This document shows positions 9,398 through 18,699 of a stretch of 36,131 nt of DNA, one piece after another (position 1 is the stretch's first letter; each line of letters opens with the position of its first letter). The notes beneath the pieces are model-generated. The model was not told the origin of the DNA and did not search any database. It was given only the letters and a program-made list of their open reading frames with translations. The position numbers and the translations under genes were made by a program. The DNA comes from an uncultured Hyphomicrobiaceae bacterium (lineage in GTDB: Bacteria; Pseudomonadota; Alphaproteobacteria; Rhizobiales; Rhodomicrobiaceae): the NCBI GenBank assembly GCA_964474225.1, contig CAYYSM010000001.1, positions 1 to 36,131 on the forward strand. Reading direction: 5' to 3'.

Positions 9398-10699
9398 CTA
9401 ATGTCCAAATACACGCAGTCCATAATCCAGCAACGTCAGCGCATCAATATCGCCAGTAACCGCCAATGCACTGGCAAATCCCTCAGGCCAGCAAGACAAT
9501 CGCACCAACGCGCACCCTGAACTTTCAATGTCATCCAGCAATTGACGCCCTTGCTCCGCCGTGAATTCTGCACGATCTATGTGATAAGCATAACCGGTAG
9601 ACTTGGCACTGATTTCGACAATGTATCCTTGTTGACTTAGAAAAGTCCTCACCTCCGATGGTGTATGCGGTGAAATGCCAACAAAGGGCCGGCAGGCAGC
9701 GCGCACCTGGAACGATGTAGCCTCTATCTGCTGGTAACCATCCATCCAAGTCACAGTTGGCGCTTCTACCGCAACCGCGCGCGCCAAGATCGTCACTCGT
9801 TGCGACCCAACGACCTTGACATCGAACACACCTACATCGACGGTATCGACATAGACCTCAACCGCCGTATACTCACGCCACCACCCCGCAATTTCACCAA
9901 GACGCGCCAGCCACACGGCCGGCGTCAACGCGCGCGCGTCCCTTAAAACTGAAGCAAGCCCGTCGGCAGCCCATCGTATACGTTCAGGGTGTAATTGTAA
10001 CGTGAATAGTTCATGCCGCTGATACGTCCGGTTTAGGATCTGCCCCCAGATTTTAGCAAGTAAAGCCGAATCCCCATGCAAACGATCCAAAAGGACTTCA
10101 TCATCAGGCAAGGAAACCGGTATCTCCACCAACTGCTCGACAAAGTAGGGCAAAGATACCCTTTGATCCATATTCCAAGGATCATAAAAAGCGAGCGCGT
10201 GCGCATAGTTTGTCTTGATGATTGCAGAGCCTAACACCGCATCGTCCAACACGTTCCAAAGTACTGGCTGATTGCTGATGTAGCTAAAGCCAGCTTCCGC
10301 CAGTGCCTTATTCAAACCATCGCCCTGCCTGAGATAAGGCGAACGATATCCCAACGTTGTAATCCCAGCGCTCTCAAATATGGCCCGCGCCCGCTGAAAT
10401 TCAGCCAGTTGGAGGTGAAATGGTAGTTGTGTATAGTCAATGTGCCGATACCCATGTACAATAAATTCAATCCCTCGGCCACAATATTTATGCAGTACAT
10501 CCGGACTACGCTCAAGGGCAACGGCAGTCACAGGAAACGAGGCCCCACAACCAAAACGTTGCAGTACATCACAGAACATATCTAAAGCCGTCTCCATCTT
10601 GGATGGTGTCAGGCCATAACGCTGGGCGATCATTTTCATACGCCCCAAAAAACCAAATCGTCCCTTAGCGCCAAGCGCTAATGTGATAGCGTCTTTCAA
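9398..10699 (-). CDS. Polysaccharide deacetylase (CE4/NodB fold), apparently circularly permuted
   Basis: HGYRH, GYRSPY, EIPVSLPDD and LQLHPE lie in the N-terminal half. The motif-1-like segment WPEGFASALAVTGDID is at the C-terminus. The TTG start overlaps the upstream TGA. Confidence 0.8.
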   Translation of the reverse strand: MKDAITLALGAKGRFGFLGRMKMIAQRYGLTPSKMETALDMFCDVLQRFGCGASFPVTAVALERSPDVLHKYCGRGIEFIVHGYRHIDYTQLPFHLQLAEFQRARAIFESAGITTLGYRSPYLRQGDGLNKALAEAGFSYISNQPVLWNVLDDAVLGSAIIKTNYAHALAFYDPWNMDQRVSLPYFVEQLVEIPVSLPDDEVLLDRLHGDSALLAKIWGQILNRTYQRHELFTLQLHPERIRWAADGLASVLRDARALTPAVWLARLGEIAGWWREYTAVEVYVDTVDVGVFDVKVVGSQRVTILARAVAVEAPTVTWMDGYQQIEATSFQVRAACRPFVGISPHTPSEVRTFLSQQGYIVEISAKSTGYAYHIDRAEFTAEQGRQLLDDIESSGCALVRLSCWPEGFASALAVTGDIDALTLLDYGLRVFGH

Positions 10700-11715
10700 A
10701 AGCCCTCATCCTTCACAAGCGCATTCAACTGCGCAAGCTGACTGCGCCAGTTTGCTCTGGCTATCTCTTTGAAAGTTTGCATCTCCGATTCCAATTCTTG
10801 ATATTGGTTCTGTAGTGCACGCACGCCTTCACAGATACTCTCTGGTGTCTTGGAGACATACACCGTTCCTACCGGAAAAAACTCACGGAGAAAAGGCCAA
10901 TCCGACGTGATCAGTGGTTTACCTATTGAAACCGCTTCACAGCCGGTCAGTTGTAACGTATAATTGCGCTTTGTCAGCGCCATGATAGCATCCGCAGCTC
11001 GAAGCAAGCCAATGTATTGGTCATCAGGGAGAAAGCCCGTCCAAACGACATTGTCGGGGAAAGTTTCCAACAACGCCCGCTGGTGGCTTCTGGGATTACC
11101 CGTGACATAAAAACGCACATCCGGCAACTGGCGCGCGGCCTGGAGGATCGCTTCAAAAGGCACATCAGGCGCAAATATACTCGCAAAGACGATATTAAAG
11201 CCCGGCGCTACGGCATAGGGCTCCCCTGGCGGCAACGCCAAAAACGCATCCCCTATAATAAGCGCGTGCCCGCCCCAGGCCTCGACGATGTCCGCCCAGT
11301 GTTGATGGGTCACAATATTGGTCACGGCCCGTTGCACGAGAAACTTGTGCAACGGCAAGGCCCAATCCCAGATGCGCCAAAAAGACCCACTGTGCTGGTC
11401 CAGCACGAACTTGGCGCCGGTAAGCTTGCAGTAGATATAGACCACCAAAGCACATACAAAAGGCGGCATTTGAACGTGGATCATCTGCGCCCAGTCTTTG
11501 AACAGAATATACAGGGTCTGAACAGCCTGCAAAATGTATTTAAGGGGGGTCAAAATGCCAGCGTGCCGCTTTAGGAAATGCACGAGATATAGCTCTCCCC
11601 CTAATTCTCTAGCAAACATCTCGCTCCGCCGGCTATGCGGCGTCCAAGCGATCAGTGTCCAGGCAGCTCGATCAGTCTTTATCGTTCGTTGAGGCACGTT
11701 TAGCTCGCTTATCAT
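10696..11715 (-). CDS. GT-B glycosyltransferase (GT4-like)
   Basis: KFVLDQHSG, WTGFLPDDQYIGLLRAADA and EAVSIGKPLITSD. The start is uncertain (ATG 11715 or GTG 11697; the track gives 11760). Confidence 0.8.
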   Translation of the reverse strand: MISELNVPQRTIKTDRAAWTLIAWTPHSRRSEMFARELGGELYLVHFLKRHAGILTPLKYILQAVQTLYILFKDWAQMIHVQMPPFVCALVVYIYCKLTGAKFVLDQHSGSFWRIWDWALPLHKFLVQRAVTNIVTHQHWADIVEAWGGHALIIGDAFLALPPGEPYAVAPGFNIVFASIFAPDVPFEAILQAARQLPDVRFYVTGNPRSHQRALLETFPDNVVWTGFLPDDQYIGLLRAADAIMALTKRNYTLQLTGCEAVSIGKPLITSDWPFLREFFPVGTVYVSKTPESICEGVRALQNQYQELESEMQTFKEIARANWRSQLAQLNALVKDEGF

Positions 11716-12796
11716 GTACATGAACGTAATTTGCCAGCCTCTTTCCCACCACAGGTCCAAGGAGAGAGGGTAACCCCACCAACATAGAAATCAGTTTTAT
11801 CGTCAAGCGCCGGGGGGGAATGAAGGAGAGATCATATACGCCAGGGCGAACCATCAATTCCCCACCAAAGTACTGCTTAAACTTTGCCCGATTGCCCACA
11901 CTCGTCTTGGGAATAGGTTGATCGTTCATAATGACTTGGGCAATGTGGATCTTGATCCCACCAAAGTCATACCAGGCACAGCCACGGGCCTTTCCCCATA
12001 ACATAGACTCCCAGTGCAAAAGCGAAGGCGCATTTAGCTCCCGGTGCAGCCCGTTGTCCACCAAATGCGTATCAAACGTGACGTCACCAAAAGCGATATT
12101 TGTCTTTGCCGCCAAAGGCTGTCCCTCATATTCGGCCAGGAAAAGACCAAAGTGATCGCTAAAAACACGATATTGTCGGCGAAATGTTTGTTCGCTACCG
12201 GGATCATAGCCCCGTTGCTCGGCATGGATTCGTCGTATATGAAAGAACGTTTCAATGTCAGCCTCGGTTCCAACACGAACCTCTACGCCTCGACGCCCGG
12301 CACGACGAATATTGCTGCGTGTACTACGATGCATTTGCGCCATAATCTCGTCAGGGTCAGGACGCAAATCAGATCGAAAAGTCGCCAAGGGGGTAACCGG
12401 CACGATGCCGGGCTTAGCCCCTAAACCAGACAATGGCTGTACTAACGCGTCTGCACCATAGGGGGGTTGTATCTTTAAAAACAAAATATGCACTTTGCGG
12501 GCCAAGACATTCAATTGGTTCACGATAAACTTTTGGGCCTCCGGCTGATCAGACGCTACAACCGGTCCTTTGGAGACGTAACCAACTGTTCCAAACAGCG
12601 GCAAGTCTCGCAATAACGCCTGGACGCCGCCCACGATCCGCCCATCTTCCCTAACAATAAGACGCAAAGGGCGCCAACCATCCAAGGCTTTGACCTCTGC
12701 CCATAAGCTGCTCTGTTGATACAAGCCGTCTGGCTGTGTTTCTAAAAAGCTATCCCACGCTGGGTCGCGAACCTCTTTTGAGATCGTGACGTCCAT
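11672..12796 (-). CDS. FemAB/FemX-like GNAT (lipid II:glycine glycyltransferase family)
   Basis: WDSFL...YQQSSLWAEVK, YVSKGPV, RSNIRRAGRRGVEV, LLHWESMLWGKARGCAWYDFGG and FKQYFGG. RBS GGGGAGGT. Confidence 0.85.
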   Translation of the reverse strand: MDVTISKEVRDPAWDSFLETQPDGLYQQSSLWAEVKALDGWRPLRLIVREDGRIVGGVQALLRDLPLFGTVGYVSKGPVVASDQPEAQKFIVNQLNVLARKVHILFLKIQPPYGADALVQPLSGLGAKPGIVPVTPLATFRSDLRPDPDEIMAQMHRSTRSNIRRAGRRGVEVRVGTEADIETFFHIRRIHAEQRGYDPGSEQTFRRQYRVFSDHFGLFLAEYEGQPLAAKTNIAFGDVTFDTHLVDNGLHRELNAPSLLHWESMLWGKARGCAWYDFGGIKIHIAQVIMNDQPIPKTSVGNRAKFKQYFGGELMVRPGVYDLSFIPPRRLTIKLISMLVGLPSLLGPVVGKRLANYVHVHDKRAKRASTNDKD

Positions 12797-12812
12797 ACAC
12801 TCTACTACCTCC
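12686..12812. repeat. 127-bp direct repeat, copy 1 (RBS plus first 37 codons of the FemAB-like gene)
   Basis: 125/127 identical to 13895-14021 by manual alignment. Confidence 0.95.
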
Positions 12813-12877
12813 CCGCGTTAAGCACTAAATACCAGAACAATAAATAAAACCACATTTTTAAAATTCAACAATACACA

Positions 12878-13822
12878 CTATCTCACTAAATAGCGCTCCG
12901 CATACTCACTCACCGTCATAAAGGACGTGTTTGGAAAAGAAACCATATAGTCAAATAGACTCTGGGTAGCGGCGAGCAAAGCTTCACCTCTCATCCAACG
13001 CAACAAATTGCGGACCCGCAATCCGTTTGCTCGAATATACGAAAGGGTAAAAAACTCACGTTTCAGATGTTGTTTCCAGGATTGCGTTGTTCTTTTCGGT
13101 AAAAATTCGGCAGGATGCGCTAGATAAACAATAGGCTTACCTGTAAGTCTGGATTCAGCATAGAGTAAGCGAAAAAACAATTTCATCACATCCAATCCTA
13201 CAACCCGTGTGAGAGATGAAATAAAAGGGGCAACCAATGCAGACACCGGAACTTCCCAAATAGGAATACCGCCCCGCCGGTAAGCATTATCCGTATGTGG
13301 ATGATAGGGTCGGCGAGGCGCAATCAACCAGCCCAGGTTAACCAGGTTAGAGGACACAAGATCCATACGCTGTGAGCAAACCGAGCTATCCACCAAGTAA
13401 TTATGCCCAACCAGCAATTCAAGGGTCAAAGCTGAAATCTTGACTCTTGGGGATCGAAAAGCACGAATGGGCCGCTTGGCTACCTCTTGCAATATCTCAG
13501 CCGCTTGACTGATGTATGCGCGCTGTATTTTTTCCGGCATCCTATCATAATTTTCTTCATCCCCATGTGTAAAACCGTGACAGCCAACTTCATGTCCCTG
13601 TGCCTGCAGCTTGTCAAATACCTCTGCATACACGTGTGCCGGCTGTGCTGTCACAAAAAAAGTGGACCGAATACCATGTTCATGACACATATTCATTGCC
13701 AGATCCACAGCCAGCCGCCGCCGCTCAACGGGTATCCATAAACCAGGATCAACATCCCAGGTTATCAGAACAGGCACGGCTTCTTTTTGCCGCGGTACAG
13801 ATTCATTTTGGTCAGTACGCAT
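12878..13822 (-). CDS. Polysaccharide deacetylase (CE4/NodB)
   Basis: LITWDVD, STFFVT, HEVGCHGFTH, FRSPR, DSS, WEVPVS and HPAEF. RBS AGGAGGG. Confidence 0.9.
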   Translation of the reverse strand: MRTDQNESVPRQKEAVPVLITWDVDPGLWIPVERRRLAVDLAMNMCHEHGIRSTFFVTAQPAHVYAEVFDKLQAQGHEVGCHGFTHGDEENYDRMPEKIQRAYISQAAEILQEVAKRPIRAFRSPRVKISALTLELLVGHNYLVDSSVCSQRMDLVSSNLVNLGWLIAPRRPYHPHTDNAYRRGGIPIWEVPVSALVAPFISSLTRVVGLDVMKLFFRLLYAESRLTGKPIVYLAHPAEFLPKRTTQSWKQHLKREFFTLSYIRANGLRVRNLLRWMRGEALLAATQSLFDYMVSFPNTSFMTVSEYAERYLVR

Positions 13823-13861
13823 TGTTCCCTCCTGTCTACAATTTGCTTGCTCCCCTTATCG

Positions 13862-14005
13862 TCAAATAAGGTGCATAAATCTCCCGCCATGCACGGCTTT
13901 GACCTCTGCCCATAAGCTACTCTGTTGATACAAGCCGTCTGGCTGTGTTTCTAAAAAGCTATCCCATGCTGGGTCGCGAACCTCTTTTGAGATCGTGACG
14001 TCCAT
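13862..14005 (-). pseudogene. Truncated 5' copy of the FemAB-like gene (47 aa; first 37 aa identical to 11672-12796)
   Basis: MDVTISKEVRDPAWDSFLETQPDGLYQQSSLWAEVKA is followed by 10 unrelated residues and a stop. Confidence 0.9.
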
Positions 14006-14021
14006 ACACTCTACTACCTCC
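13895..14021. repeat. 127-bp direct repeat, copy 2
   Basis: Matches 12686-12812 with two synonymous differences. Confidence 0.95.
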
Positions 14022-14027
14022 TCTCGC

Positions 14028-15290
14028 TCACCGTCTTTCCGGCTGCGATAAATACATCTCAAACAAATTCGCCAACTGTAGCGAACTTTTTCTCACATCA
14101 AAGTCTTGCACGACTTTCTGTCGCGCATGCTTGCCCAAGCGCAGGCGCAACGCCTTATCCTGGATCAGAGCCTGCAAGGCGTCAGCTAACGCAGTCGCAT
14201 CCTTTTCCGGCACCAACAGCCCACTTTGTCCATCCTCAATCAGCTCCGGAATACCCGAAACATAGGTAGATACCGGTGGAATTTCCATCGCCATCGCTTC
14301 CATCAAAGAGACAGGAATGCCATCCATATCACCATCCGAGGCCGTGATACATGGCAATACGAAAATATCAGTGCGATCAAGGTATGGACGCAACTCCTCC
14401 TGAGGCAGCGCGCCCGTAAGCTCCACAGTATCCTGCAACGCACAAGCCGTCACCAAAGACGCCAACTGCTGCTTTTTAATCTCTCCCCCGCCAACAACAA
14501 CGCAATGAAAAGGAATTTCACGCGCTTTCAAAATCTTACAAGCTTCTATCAAAAATGGCGCCCCTTTTCTCTCCGCCAATTGTGCCACAAACAACAAAAG
14601 CGGCGCTTCATTCTCAAGTTTTGCATCGGGCGGGGCAAAATTTTCAGGTGACAATCCACAATGTATGATATGAACTTTCTCTGCCTGATCTTCACTAGCC
14701 GTCAACTGTAACAGACGCTGCTTAGAAAACTCTGAAATCGCAACGATGAAACGCGCCTGCCGGACCTTTTCTCTCAATAAAATTCTATCGGTAAAGAAAA
14801 TATTGTGCGCCGTAAAACTAAATGAGATATCTAACACGCGGGAAAGAACCAAAGCGATGGTTGCTGCATTAATGGTAAAATGCGCGTGAATATGCACGAC
14901 GTGTCGTTTTTCCAATGCGGGGACCAGGGAAATAGCCTCCAAAAAATGCCCCAAGGTACGCAGCCGTTTTTTAGTACTTTCTCCGCGCCGGGTTAAAACA
15001 AAGGCCAATGTTTTTATATATCTGCCAGGATACTTTAAAAAAGTACTCAAATGCGCCCAAATAAATTTACCCCATGAAAGCGGGAAAACATAAAGGCTTT
15101 GCTTGACCCAGTGACGCGACTCCTCAGACAACGCTGCGACCTTGGGTTTCCAGATGGCAGACGTCACAACCTCAAAGCCCTGTTTCTGGAGGGCTTGGAT
15201 TTCCCGGTAGACAAAGGTTTGCGTCAACGCAGGAAACGTCTGCGCGATATAGGCAATCGTGTGTCCATCGGGCATAGCTTGTTTCTGCAA
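14028..15290 (-). CDS. Glycosyltransferase family 4 (WcaL-like)
   Basis: FPALTQTFVYREI, HIHAHF, SFTAH, RKG and DMDGIPVSLMEAMAMEIPPVST. The start is TTG 15290 (RBS AGGAGG) or ATG 15275. Confidence 0.9.
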   Translation of the reverse strand: MQKQAMPDGHTIAYIAQTFPALTQTFVYREIQALQKQGFEVVTSAIWKPKVAALSEESRHWVKQSLYVFPLSWGKFIWAHLSTFLKYPGRYIKTLAFVLTRRGESTKKRLRTLGHFLEAISLVPALEKRHVVHIHAHFTINAATIALVLSRVLDISFSFTAHNIFFTDRILLREKVRQARFIVAISEFSKQRLLQLTASEDQAEKVHIIHCGLSPENFAPPDAKLENEAPLLLFVAQLAERKGAPFLIEACKILKAREIPFHCVVVGGGEIKKQQLASLVTACALQDTVELTGALPQEELRPYLDRTDIFVLPCITASDGDMDGIPVSLMEAMAMEIPPVSTYVSGIPELIEDGQSGLLVPEKDATALADALQALIQDKALRLRLGKHARQKVVQDFDVRKSSLQLANLFEMYLSQPERR

Positions 15291-15422
15291 TGCGCCCTCC
15301 TGTTCAACGGAATTTACTAACAAGTATTTTGACCAGACACAATGGCCGTTCAGCAAGTCCCAATTTACATTCCGCCATTCCCATTCGTATTTCCCTCACA
15401 CCGCTATATGCTGATTACATAC

Positions 15423-17285
15423 CTACAAGGCTACATCCACAGCCCGCAACGCCATCTCTACCGTCAAAATGCGACTGAGAAACGAATTATGTTTAAAAGA
15501 CGCGCTACGCGCCTGCGCCAAAAAGTCTGAGATCCCCTGCGCATCATACAAAGCACCGGAGTGCATAGCATCATAGGTCAAAAGACGCTCATGCGCCAAA
15601 AAATCGAGTGTTTGTCGCCGCCATTGCACAGTGGGATATACCTGCGGATACGCAGCCATTGGTTTAGCGGGTGGCGGTAAAATATTTCGCCCCAAGAGCT
15701 GGTGCGAGGCTTTCCTTAACAATTGTTTAGTCACCAATGACCAGTAGGGGAAAAACCGATAAAAATTATTAACGCGCACAGGCAAGGCCGGTCCACCAGT
15801 AGCAGTTTCAAAACTTGCCACGACAGGGTTTAACGCCTCAATTAAGTGGCTGACCAAACGATTGTGCATACGCCATTTATAATATATGGAAATGGCCGTT
15901 GTCATACTCTCCTTGAAATAAAGAGGAGCCAGGACCCGTTGCTGCCCCATAACCGCGGAAAGATGCGCACCGGTATGCCCGGTGGCCTCATAGGCAAAGA
16001 TGCAATCCAATTGGGTCGTGTTTGGATAATCAATATAACGATCTCCCACAGATTTAAAGAGCGCTTTCAATTCAGCACGCAGCCATTGGGGTTTCGATCT
16101 ATCCCGAAAGACGGTGTGCGGAACAGGACTGATATAGCGATAGTCCACCAGGCGATCATAATTCACAACAGCGGTTTTCCCTATGTTGAAAAACTCTTGC
16201 TTCCAAATGGTCCCGCGCCACAGTTCCCCCCCCAAGCCCCAAACCGACGTGGTATAGTCGCGCGCGCGTTGTTCCTGATCCCAAATGACACTTGCGGATT
16301 TAAAAACATCCAGGTGAGCATCAGTTTTACCAAGCGCGCGCCCCAACCATTCGCAACGCCGCTCTCCCCAATCTTGCGGTAGAATATTATGCTGGTACTC
16401 CCATCCTGTGGCTTGAGCAATCCTAGAAGAGATTTGCACGTCCAGTGAAGTTTGCGCCCCAGCACAACAGGCCCTAAATGGGATAGCATTTTCATAGAGC
16501 AACGTCGTCACAAGACGTGAGTCAAAGCCACCTGTGAGGTCGGCCCAAAACTTTTCTTCACGCGCCATATAACGCGCAAATAGCTGAGAAAGTGTGTGTT
16601 TGGCATACGCCAGACTATCTTTTATGGATAAAGACCCTAGTTCATCGTTCACCTTTGGGGTCCAATAAACACGTCGAGAAAGCCCCGACGCTGTGAAGTC
16701 TAGAATCGCTCCGGCGGACAGGCGCTCCACTTCTTGCCACAATGTGGCCTGCCCGTAAACATCCCCTGTCAACAAAAAAAGATAAATGCCATATTGATTG
16801 GGTGTGGCCTGAACTGCCTGTGCCACAGCCAAAGCCGAAGTTGCCACGTAAATGTATCCGTTTCGCTCGGCCACAAAGACTGAGACAAATCCGAAGGGAT
16901 CTGATAGGATGCGCAGCCGATCATGAGGGCCATCATAGAGGACCAAAGCAAAGTGCCCGTCCAGCTCCTGAAAAACAATATCCCCCCGCTTTAGGTAATT
17001 CTCCAACAACCACTTTAAATTACCATCCTCAGAATTATGCTCAAGATGCAAAACCGTCCCTATCGCAAACAACCATGACCCACTCCTCTCATCCACAGTT
17101 ATGCCACGGTGTAAACTAGAAGGCGTATCAAACTTTACAGCAAGCCCTTGTTGAATCTCGACTTGACAGCTAGTGGTTGGGTCCAAATGTTTATACTCAG
17201 CGACAAGCGCCTTCAACGCAGTAAACGCTTTATCTTGCACTGAAACAGAGGATCGTGTGTCAAATACTAATGCAAAGCCAGACAT
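15423..17285 (-). CDS. Asparagine synthetase-like amide ligase (Ntn domain plus PP-loop domain); N-terminal Cys replaced by Ser
   Basis: Start MSGFALVFD (RBS GAGAGG), LDGHFALVLYD, SDPFG, LTGGFDSR (PP-loop) and WGLGGELWRG. Confidence 0.85.
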   Translation of the reverse strand: MSGFALVFDTRSSVSVQDKAFTALKALVAEYKHLDPTTSCQVEIQQGLAVKFDTPSSLHRGITVDERSGSWLFAIGTVLHLEHNSEDGNLKWLLENYLKRGDIVFQELDGHFALVLYDGPHDRLRILSDPFGFVSVFVAERNGYIYVATSALAVAQAVQATPNQYGIYLFLLTGDVYGQATLWQEVERLSAGAILDFTASGLSRRVYWTPKVNDELGSLSIKDSLAYAKHTLSQLFARYMAREEKFWADLTGGFDSRLVTTLLYENAIPFRACCAGAQTSLDVQISSRIAQATGWEYQHNILPQDWGERRCEWLGRALGKTDAHLDVFKSASVIWDQEQRARDYTTSVWGLGGELWRGTIWKQEFFNIGKTAVVNYDRLVDYRYISPVPHTVFRDRSKPQWLRAELKALFKSVGDRYIDYPNTTQLDCIFAYEATGHTGAHLSAVMGQQRVLAPLYFKESMTTAISIYYKWRMHNRLVSHLIEALNPVVASFETATGGPALPVRVNNFYRFFPYWSLVTKQLLRKASHQLLGRNILPPPAKPMAAYPQVYPTVQWRRQTLDFLAHERLLTYDAMHSGALYDAQGISDFLAQARSASFKHNSFLSRILTVEMALRAVDVAL

Positions 17286-17460
17286 AAAATACCTCTCATT
17301 GCATTGCACTACTTACCCTTGTCGAATCCAATAAAAACATACCTGCGCCCTTAGGCCTTGACTAACCCAGCCCGCGCTACATAGACTCGATTCGATAACA
17401 AAGGTGTCAGCAGCGGCTCAAAGACAGAAACCAAAATGGATCGCAATTTCCACGGCATTT

Positions 17461-18672
17461 TTATCCTCTTGTTTTTAATAATGAATGATACAAGCTGACG
17501 TATTCTTTGGCTTGTTTTTGAACACTATAATTCAAAGAGACATGACGTTTAGCATTTTCTCCCATAACTTGGGCTTGCGACAGATCAGACAACAATTCCG
17601 TAATAGCCGCTGTAAGCGCTTGACTATTATATGGTGGAACCACTATCCCCGTCTCGACCGAGGTCATCACTTGAACCGTCCCTGAAACCGAGGTTGCCAC
17701 AATCGGCTTAGCGGCAGCCATAGCCTCCAACAAGGCAATAGACAACCCCTCCCATAGTGAGGGCAAAACAAATATATCAACCGCTGCTAATAAATCGGGA
17801 ATATCCTTGCGGATCCCCAAAAAGTGAATGTGCTCCTCCAAAGATACCCGCTGAACTTGCTGCTGTAACGCACCACGCAACTCACCATCACCGGCAAAAA
17901 GAAAGTGCGCGTTTGGAAAGCTGGCCACTATAGGCACTGCCGCATCAATCAAATAGCAATGCCCCTTTTGCTTTGTCAAACGGCCTACGGTAAGCATTAA
18001 ATGTGGACTTTTATCAAGTCCTAATGTCGCGCATAACGCTTTCTTACTCGCGCTCCGTTGGTAGCGAGCCACGTCTACACCATTGGGTATTGTGATCACC
18101 TTATCTTCAGCAGGCCCGACCTGCGCTAAAATCGCATCTTTGACCTTGTCAGACACGGCAACAAAACCATCCACGCTTGATGCCAACAGGCGATACAACA
18201 CACGATACACAAAGTTTTTGAACTTGAATGACCAATGGCTGCCTGAAGGCAAAAAATCAACATTGTGTATCGTCCATAATACCGCACGTACATCAGCACA
18301 CCCCCGAAGGGACAACACAACAAAATCTAACACGATCAACAAATGTGTTTGAATGACATTAATTCTGTGCCTTCTAACCAACAGGGCCAATTTCTGTCGA
18401 ATTTGCCAAAGATCGGCAAGAAATAACGGTAAAAAGCCTAATGAATGTCGAGGATGACTCAAAATTTCCACATTGATGCCTAATTGCTCTATGTCTGCGC
18501 GTACCGGGCCATCATAAAAGGCGCACACGGTAACCGAACAGCCCATCTGTTGTTGGTATTCAGCCAGTGTGCGCACTACCTCCTGCGCGCCAGCGCGATC
18601 CAAGTCCAGAATGACGTGCATGACATTCAGATCAAGATTCTGGGCCATTTTTTCTTCATTTTTAGTATGCAT
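17461..18672 (-). CDS. Glycosyltransferase family 4
   Basis: AGAQ, IPNGVD, VGRLTKQKG and DIFVLPSLWEGLSIALLEAMAAAKPIVAT. Confidence 0.92.
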   Translation of the reverse strand: MHTKNEEKMAQNLDLNVMHVILDLDRAGAQEVVRTLAEYQQQMGCSVTVCAFYDGPVRADIEQLGINVEILSHPRHSLGFLPLFLADLWQIRQKLALLVRRHRINVIQTHLLIVLDFVVLSLRGCADVRAVLWTIHNVDFLPSGSHWSFKFKNFVYRVLYRLLASSVDGFVAVSDKVKDAILAQVGPAEDKVITIPNGVDVARYQRSASKKALCATLGLDKSPHLMLTVGRLTKQKGHCYLIDAAVPIVASFPNAHFLFAGDGELRGALQQQVQRVSLEEHIHFLGIRKDIPDLLAAVDIFVLPSLWEGLSIALLEAMAAAKPIVATSVSGTVQVMTSVETGIVVPPYNSQALTAAITELLSDLSQAQVMGENAKRHVSLNYSVQKQAKEYVSLYHSLLKTRG

Positions 18673-18699
18673 GCTGTCAAGACCTATTTCTGAATGCAG

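Noticed and set aside
12813-12877. AT-rich spacer as an internal promoter
   Set aside because: TTGAAT is present, but there is no convincing -10 at the correct spacing.
4724-17285. RiPP or NRPS-like cluster (ATP-grasp plus lasso-cyclase-like AsnB)
   Set aside because: There is no precursor peptide, RRE, leader peptidase or carrier protein, and the context is glycosyltransferases.
17319-17398. Imperfect inverted repeat TTGTCGAATC/GATTCGATAA in the spacer before the AsnB-like gene
   Set aside because: The arms are short and 60 bp apart with no U-tract, so chance is a sufficient explanation.
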